A DNA stretch of 64,000 nucleotides. It comes from an uncultured delta proteobacterium. Lineage in GTDB: Bacteria; Desulfobacterota; Desulfobacteria; Desulfobacterales; SG8-13. This document shows positions 9,234 through 18,392 of the stretch, piece after piece (position 1 is the first letter of the stretch; each line of letters starts with the position of its first letter). A program made the translations under genes and the position numbers. A model generated the notes under the pieces. That model was not told the DNA's origin and searched no databases. It saw nothing but the letters and a program-made list of their open reading frames with translations. Location: the NCBI GenBank assembly GCA_963848135.1, contig CAWKCK010000018.1:138938-202937 (forward strand). Reading direction: 5' to 3'.

Positions 9234-10988
9234 TCACTTCTGAGAATTCGGACCTTTTGGTAGCATCCGATAAAGGCCAAACTTATAATTGAGCTCCTGA
9301 TATGACTTTATTTCTTTAACGGGATAAAGGTCCAATACGGTTTGGCAAAATGCTTTTTGTTCGAGATCGTCGACGTTGCACCAGTAATTGTAGTGGAAGT
9401 ATACCCCGCCCCTGTAGCGGCTGAAAAGGCTATCCATATATTCTTGGCCATACAGGGCGGTCGCTGTCTGGGCCGCATCCTTTCCCCACACCAGGAACAT
9501 ATTCGGATTATGGGTCAGCACCAGCGAGTGGGCTGGCAGACTATCGACGATTTCTTTTGCAAACTGATGACCGACTCTGGCACCCCAAGCTTCCTGGGTT
9601 TCCGCCCGGATGTACGGCATAAAAGGCAAGAACGAAACAATGACAAGGGCAGCCAGCCCTTTATCCAGCCAGGTTATGTCAAACCAGTGCTCAAACCACC
9701 CGCATATGGATGCCATTCCATATCCGGCCAAAATGGCCAGCGGGAAATATGACATCAAAGAGAACCTGACATCAGTGCCATAATTATAACTCCCCGCATA
9801 AAAAAACAGGAATATGCCCCAGAATGCCATAAACCAACCGATCAATATGGTCTTTTCTTTAATCAATAAAAACTCAGAGAGCTTTCCGCGGGACAATCCA
9901 TTGTTCGGCTTGTTGCTGCCGGGAAATACGATACCCATTATGAAGAAAAGTGAAAACAACAGTGGATAGCGGACATTTTTAAAATAAAATAACGAATTCA
10001 CACTGACATTGTCTTTTAAATAGTGCAGCCCGAATTTTACGCCGTCAGATGCACCCCAGGCTTCACCTTTGACCGCGAATAGATGGATAAAGTGCGGCAA
10101 CAAAAGAAACAAAACGAGGAATGTGAACCCATAGAGCCGGTAGCGCGCAAATCCCTGGGGCGCAAGCAACAGCAAGGCCAGGCATGCTGGTATTGTAATA
10201 AGAATTGACTCGGGACGGAACTGACACGCAAAAGGGAGTATGACGGAAGCCAGAAACTGGGTTTTGTTGCCGGGATAACGAATGAAAAGCAAGACGGCAA
10301 ATACCGCCAATCCTCCCAGCAAGGCAGTGCTCGGCTCTGCCGCCGTCGTATTGGACCATCGGATTCCTTCCGGGGCCAGAACGAAGATCAAAGAGGCGAA
10401 CAGACCGACATTGATATTCCTGAAGAGCAGGTATCCGATAAAAAAAACAATGAATCCCGACAAGCCCCAAAGGATATTGTTCAACAGAAAAGCGGCTGTA
10501 TGTGATACGCCAAACAACCTATATAGAATGCTCAACAGAAAAGGCCAACCATTGGGCTCTTTGTTATATTCAAGCCGGCCGCAGAAATATTCGCCAAAGA
10601 GATTGCCGCCCTCAATGCACATGCCGGCTTTTTCAAGAGAGGCGATCGTTTGCCCCACATTTAGGTAAATATCCTCGTCGTGGAAAACCCGGTGGGTTCT
10701 GGGGGCGACGACGGCGGTCAAAACGATCCCCCCGAGCGTAATTAGAAAAACGACAATCCAGATTTTTCTCGTAATAGTCTTGGCAACCTCCCGGAATATA
10801 TTTATATTTACAATGAATCCGATCAAAATTAAATAAAAGTTTAATTCTAGAATCAAGGGGGATACGAATATTAATTGCTCTTTTATCTGCTGGCTGTCAT
10901 AGGATACGATCCAGACGATAAAACCGGAAAGCAGGACAAGATAGCCTATCAGCCATAATATGACCCCGCGGATTCTTTTAAATTCCAT
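9234..10988 (-). CDS. Multi-pass GT-C fold glycosyltransferase (ArnT/PMT, family 39-like)
   Basis: Many transmembrane segments; HDEDIY acidic motif in the first external loop; RPE motif; soluble C-terminal domain. Confidence 0.75.
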   Translation of the reverse strand: MEFKRIRGVILWLIGYLVLLSGFIVWIVSYDSQQIKEQLIFVSPLILELNFYLILIGFIVNINIFREVAKTITRKIWIVVFLITLGGIVLTAVVAPRTHRVFHDEDIYLNVGQTIASLEKAGMCIEGGNLFGEYFCGRLEYNKEPNGWPFLLSILYRLFGVSHTAAFLLNNILWGLSGFIVFFIGYLLFRNINVGLFASLIFVLAPEGIRWSNTTAAEPSTALLGGLAVFAVLLFIRYPGNKTQFLASVILPFACQFRPESILITIPACLALLLLAPQGFARYRLYGFTFLVLFLLLPHFIHLFAVKGEAWGASDGVKFGLHYLKDNVSVNSLFYFKNVRYPLLFSLFFIMGIVFPGSNKPNNGLSRGKLSEFLLIKEKTILIGWFMAFWGIFLFFYAGSYNYGTDVRFSLMSYFPLAILAGYGMASICGWFEHWFDITWLDKGLAALVIVSFLPFMPYIRAETQEAWGARVGHQFAKEIVDSLPAHSLVLTHNPNMFLVWGKDAAQTATALYGQEYMDSLFSRYRGGVYFHYNYWCNVDDLEQKAFCQTVLDLYPVKEIKSYQELNYKFGLYRMLPKGPNSQK

Positions 10989-12684
10989 TTTGCCTCACTA
11001 CCATGTAATTCCCGATTGCAAGAAAATCACAATTGGTATCCGCCATCGTTTTGATAGCATCTTCCGGGGAGCAAACCAGAGGCTCGCCGTGAAGGTTGAA
11101 GCTTGTATTAAGAGCGACTCCATAGCCGGTCAGTCTTTTTAATTCTTCAATCAGACGACAGAATATTGAACCGTTATTCACCACAATTTGTGGTCGACAG
11201 GACCCGTCCACGTTGATAACCCCTCTTAACAATGATCTTTTTTCTTTTTTAACCTGATAGGCCATGGTCATGAACCTATCGGGCCTGCCGTCGTAGTCCT
11301 CAAGAATTTCGCGGGCATCACCTTCAAGCATTGCCGGACAGAAGGGCTGGTACCACACTCTTTTCTTAAGGCGCAAATTTAATTCGTCCTTGATGGCTTC
11401 CGAGTCCGGGCGCGCCAGAATGGACCTTGCCCCTAAAGCCCTCGGACCATACTCCATGCGACCCTGAAACCAGAAGACGATCTTGCCGTTCGCCAGTTTA
11501 GCGGCCACATCCTTGGCAATATCCGACCGCTTGGAATATGAAAAACCGCTGGTTCGCAAGCAGGCCTCGATATCGTTGTCTGTATATTCCGGCCCCCATA
11601 GCAGATTGGGAACAGCATACCTGTGGACGGCATTTAATCTATAATTGGTAGCCATGGCAGCGCCTAAAGCAAGCCCGCCATCGCCCATATGCGGGAAAAC
11701 AAAACATTTCTTGATCCCGGATTGATTTCTTAAAATCCGGTTTAGCTTCACATTGGAAAATATGCCTCCGGCAAGGCACAAATGTTTTAGACCGGTGGCC
11801 GCAACGGCATTTTTGACCAGTTCAAGCGCCTTAATCTCCAGTGTCCGCTGCGCCATAAAGGCAAATTGTTCCGCAGGGTAGCGCCAAAGTATTTTCTGCA
11901 GTGCCTCAAACATCTTTAAGGCGGAAAATCGGCAGCGCAGAGTGAGACCTTTTACGTCAATGAGCTCCATCATAGGGTTTTCGTCATCATGGATCGGGTA
12001 GGCGTAATTCGCCAATGCCATGACCTTGCCTTCGTCTTCCAGTTCCCGCATGTTCAACAAATTGGTTACATGCTCGAAAAAGATACCGAAGGAGTGGCGT
12101 GCAGAAATCGCAGATACCTGATCCAGTATCCCGTTTCTGAACTGATAAACTGTTCCGGACATTCCATCCCCGAGGCCGTCAGCGGTGATGACCAGCGCTT
12201 GTTTGAAGGGGCTGCAAAACGCAGCGGCGACAGCGTGACAGAAGTGGTGATCTTCTATTTGTAGACTGAAGTCATGGAATCCGAGCTTTTGCAACCGCCG
12301 GGTGACTGTGCGTCGGCTTACCCAGTGACTTGCACCCGTGGGAGGGAGTTCGGTAAGTTTATATTTGGCCTTTTTCTTGATAAAAGAGAGACGGCCGGCA
12401 GCGGCCTTTCTGCGGCGGATTAAATAATACTGCTCCTTTAGTGAGGGAAAGACCCGGGTTAAGGTCTTGGCAAAATCCCAGGTGGATAGAGAAATATTTG
12501 ATATGTCCTGATAGGTGGTGCCTGTTTGATCAAGACACATATTTATCGATTTTTCCGGAAAGGCAATTTCAAGCTTACGCCGGGTCAGCCGCTCCTCATT
12601 CACGGCATAGACGATCTTATCACCCTCTATTAGCGCCGCTCCTGAATCGTGTCCGTCCCAAATACCTAAAATTTTATTGCGCAT
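10978..12684 (-). CDS. Carbamoyltransferase (NodU/CmcH/TobZ family)
   Basis: GHDSGAALI, NEERLTRRK, HHFCHA, EGKVMALA, GRMEYGPRALGARSILA, NTSFNLHGEPLV. Confidence 0.95.
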   Translation of the reverse strand: MRNKILGIWDGHDSGAALIEGDKIVYAVNEERLTRRKLEIAFPEKSINMCLDQTGTTYQDISNISLSTWDFAKTLTRVFPSLKEQYYLIRRRKAAAGRLSFIKKKAKYKLTELPPTGASHWVSRRTVTRRLQKLGFHDFSLQIEDHHFCHAVAAAFCSPFKQALVITADGLGDGMSGTVYQFRNGILDQVSAISARHSFGIFFEHVTNLLNMRELEDEGKVMALANYAYPIHDDENPMMELIDVKGLTLRCRFSALKMFEALQKILWRYPAEQFAFMAQRTLEIKALELVKNAVAATGLKHLCLAGGIFSNVKLNRILRNQSGIKKCFVFPHMGDGGLALGAAMATNYRLNAVHRYAVPNLLWGPEYTDNDIEACLRTSGFSYSKRSDIAKDVAAKLANGKIVFWFQGRMEYGPRALGARSILARPDSEAIKDELNLRLKKRVWYQPFCPAMLEGDAREILEDYDGRPDRFMTMAYQVKKEKRSLLRGVINVDGSCRPQIVVNNGSIFCRLIEELKRLTGYGVALNTSFNLHGEPLVCSPEDAIKTMADTNCDFLAIGNYMVVRQNGI

Positions 12685-14125
12685 CTTTTTCTCTTTGGAT
12701 CTGCTTATACCCCGTATTAAAAGTAAACTTTAAGCCACCTGCAATAGCGCTGAATAAACCTTTGGCCTTAATCATTTTTAACAATCTAAATAATGCTACC
12801 GGCCGGAAGTAAAAGCGCCGATACGCTTTGTTTCGAAAATCATTTACCCTTTCGGGTGCAAGACCAGGCAAACTCATTCCGGCCGTCTCCTGACTGAACT
12901 CGCGGAATTCGCTGCCCTTTATCCAGCCGGAGGCTTTGGCCGCTTCATAAAGATCGGATCCGGCAAAAGGGGTGGCACAATAAAATTGTGCCAGGTCAGG
13001 ATCCAAATTTAAGGCAAATTCAATTGTTTCATTGATCGATTTTTCCGTTTCACCCGGTAATCCCAAGATAAAGTGAGCGGCCACCTTTATTCCCGCTCGC
13101 TTTGCCATTGCGACGGCAGTCCTCGATTGTTCGAGTGTTATTTTTTTTTTGACGGCATCTAATATTTTTTGATTGCCGGATTCAATGCCATAGCTTATCA
13201 TCCAACAGCCTGCCTCACGCATGGCCGTCAAAAGCTCCTGATCGACCGTATCAACACGACTGTTGCAGGTCCAGCTGATGTCCAGGCCCTGCTGCCGAAC
13301 GGATTGGCAAAACGCCATCACATAATCCCTGTCAACCGTAAAAGTGTCCGCCCAGATAAAAAATTCTTTGACACCAAAGGAAGCGATATTATGCTCAATC
13401 TCCTTCATCATTACCGGTGTAGACTTTCTGCGCAGTCTCCGGCCATAGTAGGTCTGAGCCGTGCAAAATGTGCAGGGAAACGGGCAACCCCGCAGCGGAG
13501 CGAGAATTAAATATGCTTTACCGTTAAGCGGTAATTTATATTTTTCCAGGTCCAACAGATGCCATGCCGGAAAGGGCAATTGATCCAGGTCCTGGATAAA
13601 AGGCCGTTGCCGGTTATGAAATATTCGGCCGTTGCTGTCCTTGTAACTTATTCCCCATATATCGTCTAACGCACCATGATGTTCCAGTGCATCTGCCAGT
13701 TCAGCCATTGATTCTTCCGGCTCATTTCGGATCACAAAGTCCAGCCCCGGGGTGTGGTTCAGACAGTCTTCGGCTAAAACGGATACATGGGTGCCAAATA
13801 CAGCCGTTTTAATGCCGGGATCATGATTTTTTAACTCATCGGCGAAAGCAAGGTCGCTGTTGATCGTCGGCGTCGAGGAACTCCAAGCAACGAGCTGGTA
13901 TTTGTTTGGCCGGATGTTTTTTAGAAAGGCAGCGCGAGAAATTTCCTGAGCTGCACAATCAACGATCTCCACCTCATGCTGATTTTTTACAAGAACAGCG
14001 CCGCAGGCAACCAAACTTATCGGAGGCCATAAGGTCGCCCACATACCTTTCTCTTGAGTGCAGCGGCCTTCGCGGATATAGAATTTTTGATCGCTGGAAG
14101 GTGGATTTAATAGCAATATCTTCAT
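12674..14125 (-). CDS. B12-binding domain radical SAM enzyme
   Basis: MKILLLNPP start, B12-binding N-domain, RGCPFPCTFC (CxxxCxxC), GIESGNQ, FILGLPGET. Start set at ATG 14125; an upstream start at 14161 is possible. Confidence 0.92.
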   Translation of the reverse strand: MKILLLNPPSSDQKFYIREGRCTQEKGMWATLWPPISLVACGAVLVKNQHEVEIVDCAAQEISRAAFLKNIRPNKYQLVAWSSSTPTINSDLAFADELKNHDPGIKTAVFGTHVSVLAEDCLNHTPGLDFVIRNEPEESMAELADALEHHGALDDIWGISYKDSNGRIFHNRQRPFIQDLDQLPFPAWHLLDLEKYKLPLNGKAYLILAPLRGCPFPCTFCTAQTYYGRRLRRKSTPVMMKEIEHNIASFGVKEFFIWADTFTVDRDYVMAFCQSVRQQGLDISWTCNSRVDTVDQELLTAMREAGCWMISYGIESGNQKILDAVKKKITLEQSRTAVAMAKRAGIKVAAHFILGLPGETEKSINETIEFALNLDPDLAQFYCATPFAGSDLYEAAKASGWIKGSEFREFSQETAGMSLPGLAPERVNDFRNKAYRRFYFRPVALFRLLKMIKAKGLFSAIAGGLKFTFNTGYKQIQREKDAQ

Positions 14126-14197
14126 TGCAAACAGTTGGATGGGTATCCGGATGTCAGGCAAAAATCACTTGAATTGAAAAAAAATATCATGTTTATT

Positions 14198-14893
14198 TCA
14201 TTTGAAAAATAAGTATTTAATAAAAGAGTATATATATCGGAACCAGACCTTTTTCAGGTCGATTTTAGAGTACCCGCCAACCCTCTTATTTTCATGTGAA
14301 GGTACTTCGCCCATGCGAAATCCTTTTTTAATGGTTTTAATAATCATTTCCTGCTCAATCGTGGTAATGTTTTCCTTTAATCCCAGCTGTTTGATTACAT
14401 CTGTTTTGATTGCTCGAAACCCGTTTTGACTTTCACTCAACCACACGTTGAATTTCCAATTGATACAAGCCGCAATAAAGGAGCTGCCCATCAGTCGAAA
14501 ACATTCATCAAACCCCCCGTGAAGTTCACTGGACCCGCCTATCAATCTTGATCCGGAAACGTGATCGGCTTCGCCCCGAATGATCGGGTCGATCAGTTTG
14601 GGGATGTCGGCAGGATTATGGGAGCCATCGGCGTCAATAAAGACGATAATGTCACCGCTGACATAGTTTAAAGAATGTCGCAGCGCTTCGCCTTTGCCTT
14701 TCTTATTGTCCAGGATAACTTTAACGCCAAGATCCCTTGCGATTTGACCGGTTTTATCTTCGGAGTGACCATCGACCACGATAATTTCATCGGCAAATGA
14801 CATGCAATCCCTGATCACCTTGCTGATCGTCAACTCCTCATTGAGAGTCGGTATGACGACGGATATCTTATGCGCTGATTGCTGTTTTTCCAT
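14198..14893 (-). CDS. GT2 glycosyltransferase (polyprenol-phosphate sugar synthase-like)
   Basis: VVIPTLNEE, VVDGHSEDKT, GKGEA, DADGSH, GSR, SQNGFRA, R.GG.SK. Confidence 0.9.
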   Translation of the reverse strand: MEKQQSAHKISVVIPTLNEELTISKVIRDCMSFADEIIVVDGHSEDKTGQIARDLGVKVILDNKKGKGEALRHSLNYVSGDIIVFIDADGSHNPADIPKLIDPIIRGEADHVSGSRLIGGSSELHGGFDECFRLMGSSFIAACINWKFNVWLSESQNGFRAIKTDVIKQLGLKENITTIEQEMIIKTIKKGFRMGEVPSHENKRVGGYSKIDLKKVWFRYIYSFIKYLFFK

Positions 14894-15004
14894 GATAAAT
14901 ATTCATTTTGATAATATAAAACTGAGTATCAACGGGAACCGAATCCAACAATAACATCACAGAATCGAATCTGCTTTCGGAAAAAACAGCTGGTGCTGGT
15001 TCCG

Positions 15005-16537
15005 TCAGTTAATTTGATAGATTTTAGGGTCGAATTTACCAAATTTTACATTATTTTCCCCCGCCACGACGTGAATCAAATCCCAATTTTTCGGTGGTAT
15101 CCGATACCAGGACGGCATTGCAGCTCGGTATCCCGGTATTTCTATGACGCTTGCGGAACCATCAACCACAAGATAGCCGCCCAGCGGCTTTGGTTTGCCG
15201 GAATAATTTTCAACGATTTCGAAGGTCAATTTTCCTTCGGAAAATAATTGCACAAAGATGGCGGTTCTATGATCCGTATAAACCGGTTCACCCTTGTAAT
15301 TTTGCAGTAAAACCGATGCAATTTTCCGATAGTCGGCGGTATGGATACGTGCGGCCTTTGCAGTATTGGTACCGGCGATGAACAAATGTATGACCATCAG
15401 GGCAAACAACGATCTAATGGCCCAGCGCCAATTTTCATGTTTCTGTATCATGTGGGTGCATAGGGCGGCTGTTGCCAGGCACTGCAAAGGTACGATCATT
15501 GATAAGTAACGAATATATTTTGTAATCGGCTCTCCCTCCAAAGACACGACACCCCACTGAAGATAGGCCGGGATCAGCCAGACACTGAGAGATAAACCCA
15601 AGGCCAACCACTGTTTTTCATACCATGCCGACAGCGGTACAAAGATGAATAGGAGCCATAAGATTCCGAAATGTCCTTCATCATAAATTGGATTAACATT
15701 GAATACATGAAAAAGGGTCCGGGGAAGATAGTTTGGGTCTTTGTTGCTGACAACTATTTTTTCGGTCGCGTCTATGCAGAAAATCCTGGCAAACCACGAT
15801 CCCGATGCATAATATCCAATTAACATATCAGCAAAAATAATCAGAGCAAATCCCAGCAAAGCCCAATATATATAGGCACCACGCGGTCTTAATACTATAA
15901 GCACGGGTATTGCGGCAATTCCCATGAGAACAAAAAGTTCATTCACAAGCCACCCGACTCCCATCAATGCTCCGGATAAGATCAATACGGCGTTGCCCTG
16001 CCATGCCGGCCAGGCCCTATTTTCCAACGCCCTCGCTGCATGGATGAAGAAGAACAATCCGGCAGCAACACACGCAGCGTGCTGGTTTGAGGGGGAGAGT
16101 TGCGTGTCGAAAACAATCTGAAGCGGGTATACAATCCATAATAATGCTGCCAGGACGGCTGTTTGCCGGCCCCAAAGGCTTTCGGCTGTTAAATAGATAA
16201 ATAGGCAGGTCATCAAAGTGCAGATTAATGGGTATACTGAAAATGCAGCCTCTGTATAGCCAAATGCTTTATATAAAACGGTGAGGGGCAGAACCATTCC
16301 GAGACGAAAGGCTAATTGGCTGCCGCCGTTTTCCAAAATATTGGCGCCCTCCCCCAGATTCCGGGCATGCTGAATGTAGCTCATGTCATCGTTTGGGCCG
16401 ATGCCGACGAACCATAGTATTCGAATAACCAGGCAGAGCAGCAAGAGGCATACTATCAAACCGGAATTCCGCACAAAATTTTTGATTTTCCGGTTATCAG
16501 AACGCCGATTCACAGATCCATCCCTAATAAATGTCAA
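15005..16537 (-). CDS. Multi-pass GT-C fold glycosyltransferase (family 39-like)
   Basis: IRILWF...PNDDMSY acidic loop motif, ~12 hydrophobic segments, RYL motif, soluble C-terminal domain. Confidence 0.72.
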   Translation of the reverse strand: MTFIRDGSVNRRSDNRKIKNFVRNSGLIVCLLLLCLVIRILWFVGIGPNDDMSYIQHARNLGEGANILENGGSQLAFRLGMVLPLTVLYKAFGYTEAAFSVYPLICTLMTCLFIYLTAESLWGRQTAVLAALLWIVYPLQIVFDTQLSPSNQHAACVAAGLFFFIHAARALENRAWPAWQGNAVLILSGALMGVGWLVNELFVLMGIAAIPVLIVLRPRGAYIYWALLGFALIIFADMLIGYYASGSWFARIFCIDATEKIVVSNKDPNYLPRTLFHVFNVNPIYDEGHFGILWLLFIFVPLSAWYEKQWLALGLSLSVWLIPAYLQWGVVSLEGEPITKYIRYLSMIVPLQCLATAALCTHMIQKHENWRWAIRSLFALMVIHLFIAGTNTAKAARIHTADYRKIASVLLQNYKGEPVYTDHRTAIFVQLFSEGKLTFEIVENYSGKPKPLGGYLVVDGSASVIEIPGYRAAMPSWYRIPPKNWDLIHVVAGENNVKFGKFDPKIYQIN

Positions 16538-16684
16538 AACGGTACCGAATGTGAAGACAACCTGAAGAATACCCAGATTACATTAAGGGCTTGATTTAAC
16601 ATTTAATTAATTGTTATACAAGGTGTATTCAAATAAACTTTTTAATCAATAAATGAAATGACAATTTGATTGAAACTTTAAATC

Positions 16685-16969
16685 CATGCCCTCAGGGCAT
16701 GATCGGAATTCAAAGGCTTTGTCACTTGAGCGACTCATTATTACCCCTGTAATGGGTTATCTCCACAATCTCATTAGGAGAAGGGACAAACGAATCGCTT
16801 CAGCAAATTAACCCATACCATTTGGCACGGCCAGTACCATATCATTTGGGTGCCCAAATACCGCCACAGGATACTCACAGGAGCAGTCGCGAACGAGATT
16901 GGTAACTGTATCAGGGCCTTTTCGCAACCATTTGGGTACCTCCTGTCGTCGCTGTTAATGTTTGGGTGA
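16685..16969 (+). mobile_element. IS200/IS605-family remnant (left-end hairpin plus truncated tnpA)
   Basis: Hairpin CATGCCC-TCA-GGGCATG at 16685. After RBS AGGAG, the frame from 16790 reads (ACG)NRFSKLTHTIWHGQYHIIWVPKYRHRILTG, a TnpA Y1 N-terminus. The start is mutated and the frame stops before the HUH motif. Confidence 0.85.
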
Positions 16970-17023
16970 ACTGTTGCTATGACCATGTTCCCAGATGGTT
17001 TTTTATTTTTCAAGTACGAATCG

Positions 17024-17386
17024 ATGCAGGATCGAGGTTATACACATATTATTAGGAGAGAAGCCGGTGCTTTGTATCGACACTTGCGCCGCCGGTTTTA
17101 TTATATATTCCGTCGCAATTATGTTCGCACCATGATCGCAAATCGCAAAGGTGTGTGTGGCCGGCATGGCTGCTGTGATCTCTCAATTTTGGCGAGATTC
17201 CGTACATGCATCGATCCTGCTGACCGAACGAAGTGCCTTAAGTGGCATTGTCTACCTTTTCATTGCCGACGGTATCCTTTCGACGAAAAAGATAAGATAC
17301 CGGAGACAAGATCTTATTGCAGCTTTTATTGGTTGGAAGAAAACTCCGGGATTGATGAAACGCGAAGCGATCGTACCTGTAAATAG
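17024..17386 (+). CDS. Cys-rich hypothetical protein, distantly YkgJ/CxxCxxCC-like
   Basis: RKGVCGRHGCC...C...CLKWHCLPFHCRRYP...C pattern; start uncertain (16979 or 17024). Confidence 0.55.
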   Translation: MQDRGYTHIIRREAGALYRHLRRRFYYIFRRNYVRTMIANRKGVCGRHGCCDLSILARFRTCIDPADRTKCLKWHCLPFHCRRYPFDEKDKIPETRSYCSFYWLEENSGIDETRSDRTCK

Positions 17387-18114
17387 TTACTTATGTACAC
17401 ATATCCGGGTGATTGCCTGGCGCAGATGGGGGACTAATCGGTTGTGGATTTCGGAATGCGCAATTTGAGGCGCAATTAAACTATACAAAATTCGTTAAAC
17501 TTTCAATCTCCACTTCTACGGCAACTGACAGCCGGTGCCGTCCTATCATGTTTTTCAATTTATCGTGTAGCACCAGGGAGGAACGGACTATAGGGGCAGG
17601 TAAATTATATTTCGGAAAAATGATTCCAGAAAACAAATAGAGTAAAAAGGGTTTAAAATCCTGGTCTTAAGGGCTTATTTAAAGGTACAGTGCAAACAAA
17701 TTATATTGGGTTATATAAAAAAAAGACTGTATCTAGGCTAAGGGACACAAAAGACCACAGAGAACTCTCAATCCAAGTCTTAAACGACTCCCTGGCACTC
17801 CTCTTTGTTTAGGCTCACCGCAATCTTGCCGTCATTCAGAACTTCTCGACGGTATTATCAACAAAAACCTGTGGATATTGGGTGTATTCGCTATTATGCA
17901 CCTGTTTAGCCGTGGATATGTCTCTAACATCGAAGGTTGGTGCGGTCACTCTGGCTTGATCTAAATGGGAAAATAAGTGTATAATAACTTATTGGTTATG
18001 TTCAACACCGAAGGAACGATCGGGCGCGACCGGAACTTGACTTTCCTTTACCGGGAACTCATATTGAGAAAGTTTCAGAAATAAACATTCAGCTATCCCG
18101 ATAAGGAGAGAACA

Positions 18115-18336
18115 ATGGCTTATACATGCAAAAATTGCGGCGCTGTTGCCGATGCGCCCGGTCATTTGTGCAACCCCTGTGGTGACAAAGCCAATTGCAG
18201 TTTCTGTGGCGAACCAAAGGTTGATACCAAACACGTATGCAAAGACAAGCTTGCTGTCATGCAGTATGTCTGCGAGGGGTGCGGTCGGGTGGCGATGGAG
18301 GAAAAGCACCTTTGTAGCCCCTCAAAAATCAAATGA
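18115..18336 (+). CDS. Small metal-binding protein with three CxxCG-x7-H-x-C motifs
   Basis: RBS AAGGAG; 73 aa with 10 Cys and 3 His; upstream TTGACT-17-CATATT. Confidence 0.85.
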   Translation: MAYTCKNCGAVADAPGHLCNPCGDKANCSFCGEPKVDTKHVCKDKLAVMQYVCEGCGRVAMEEKHLCSPSKIK

Positions 18337-18392
18337 ACTACTGGTATATGTGCTTACTGGTATCTATTGAGCAGCGCCGTTAACATGTAAAA

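Noticed and set aside
17400..18000. ORF-poor stretch, possible pseudogene or right island border
   Set aside because: I found no recognisable protein motif or tRNA-Thr direct repeat by eye.
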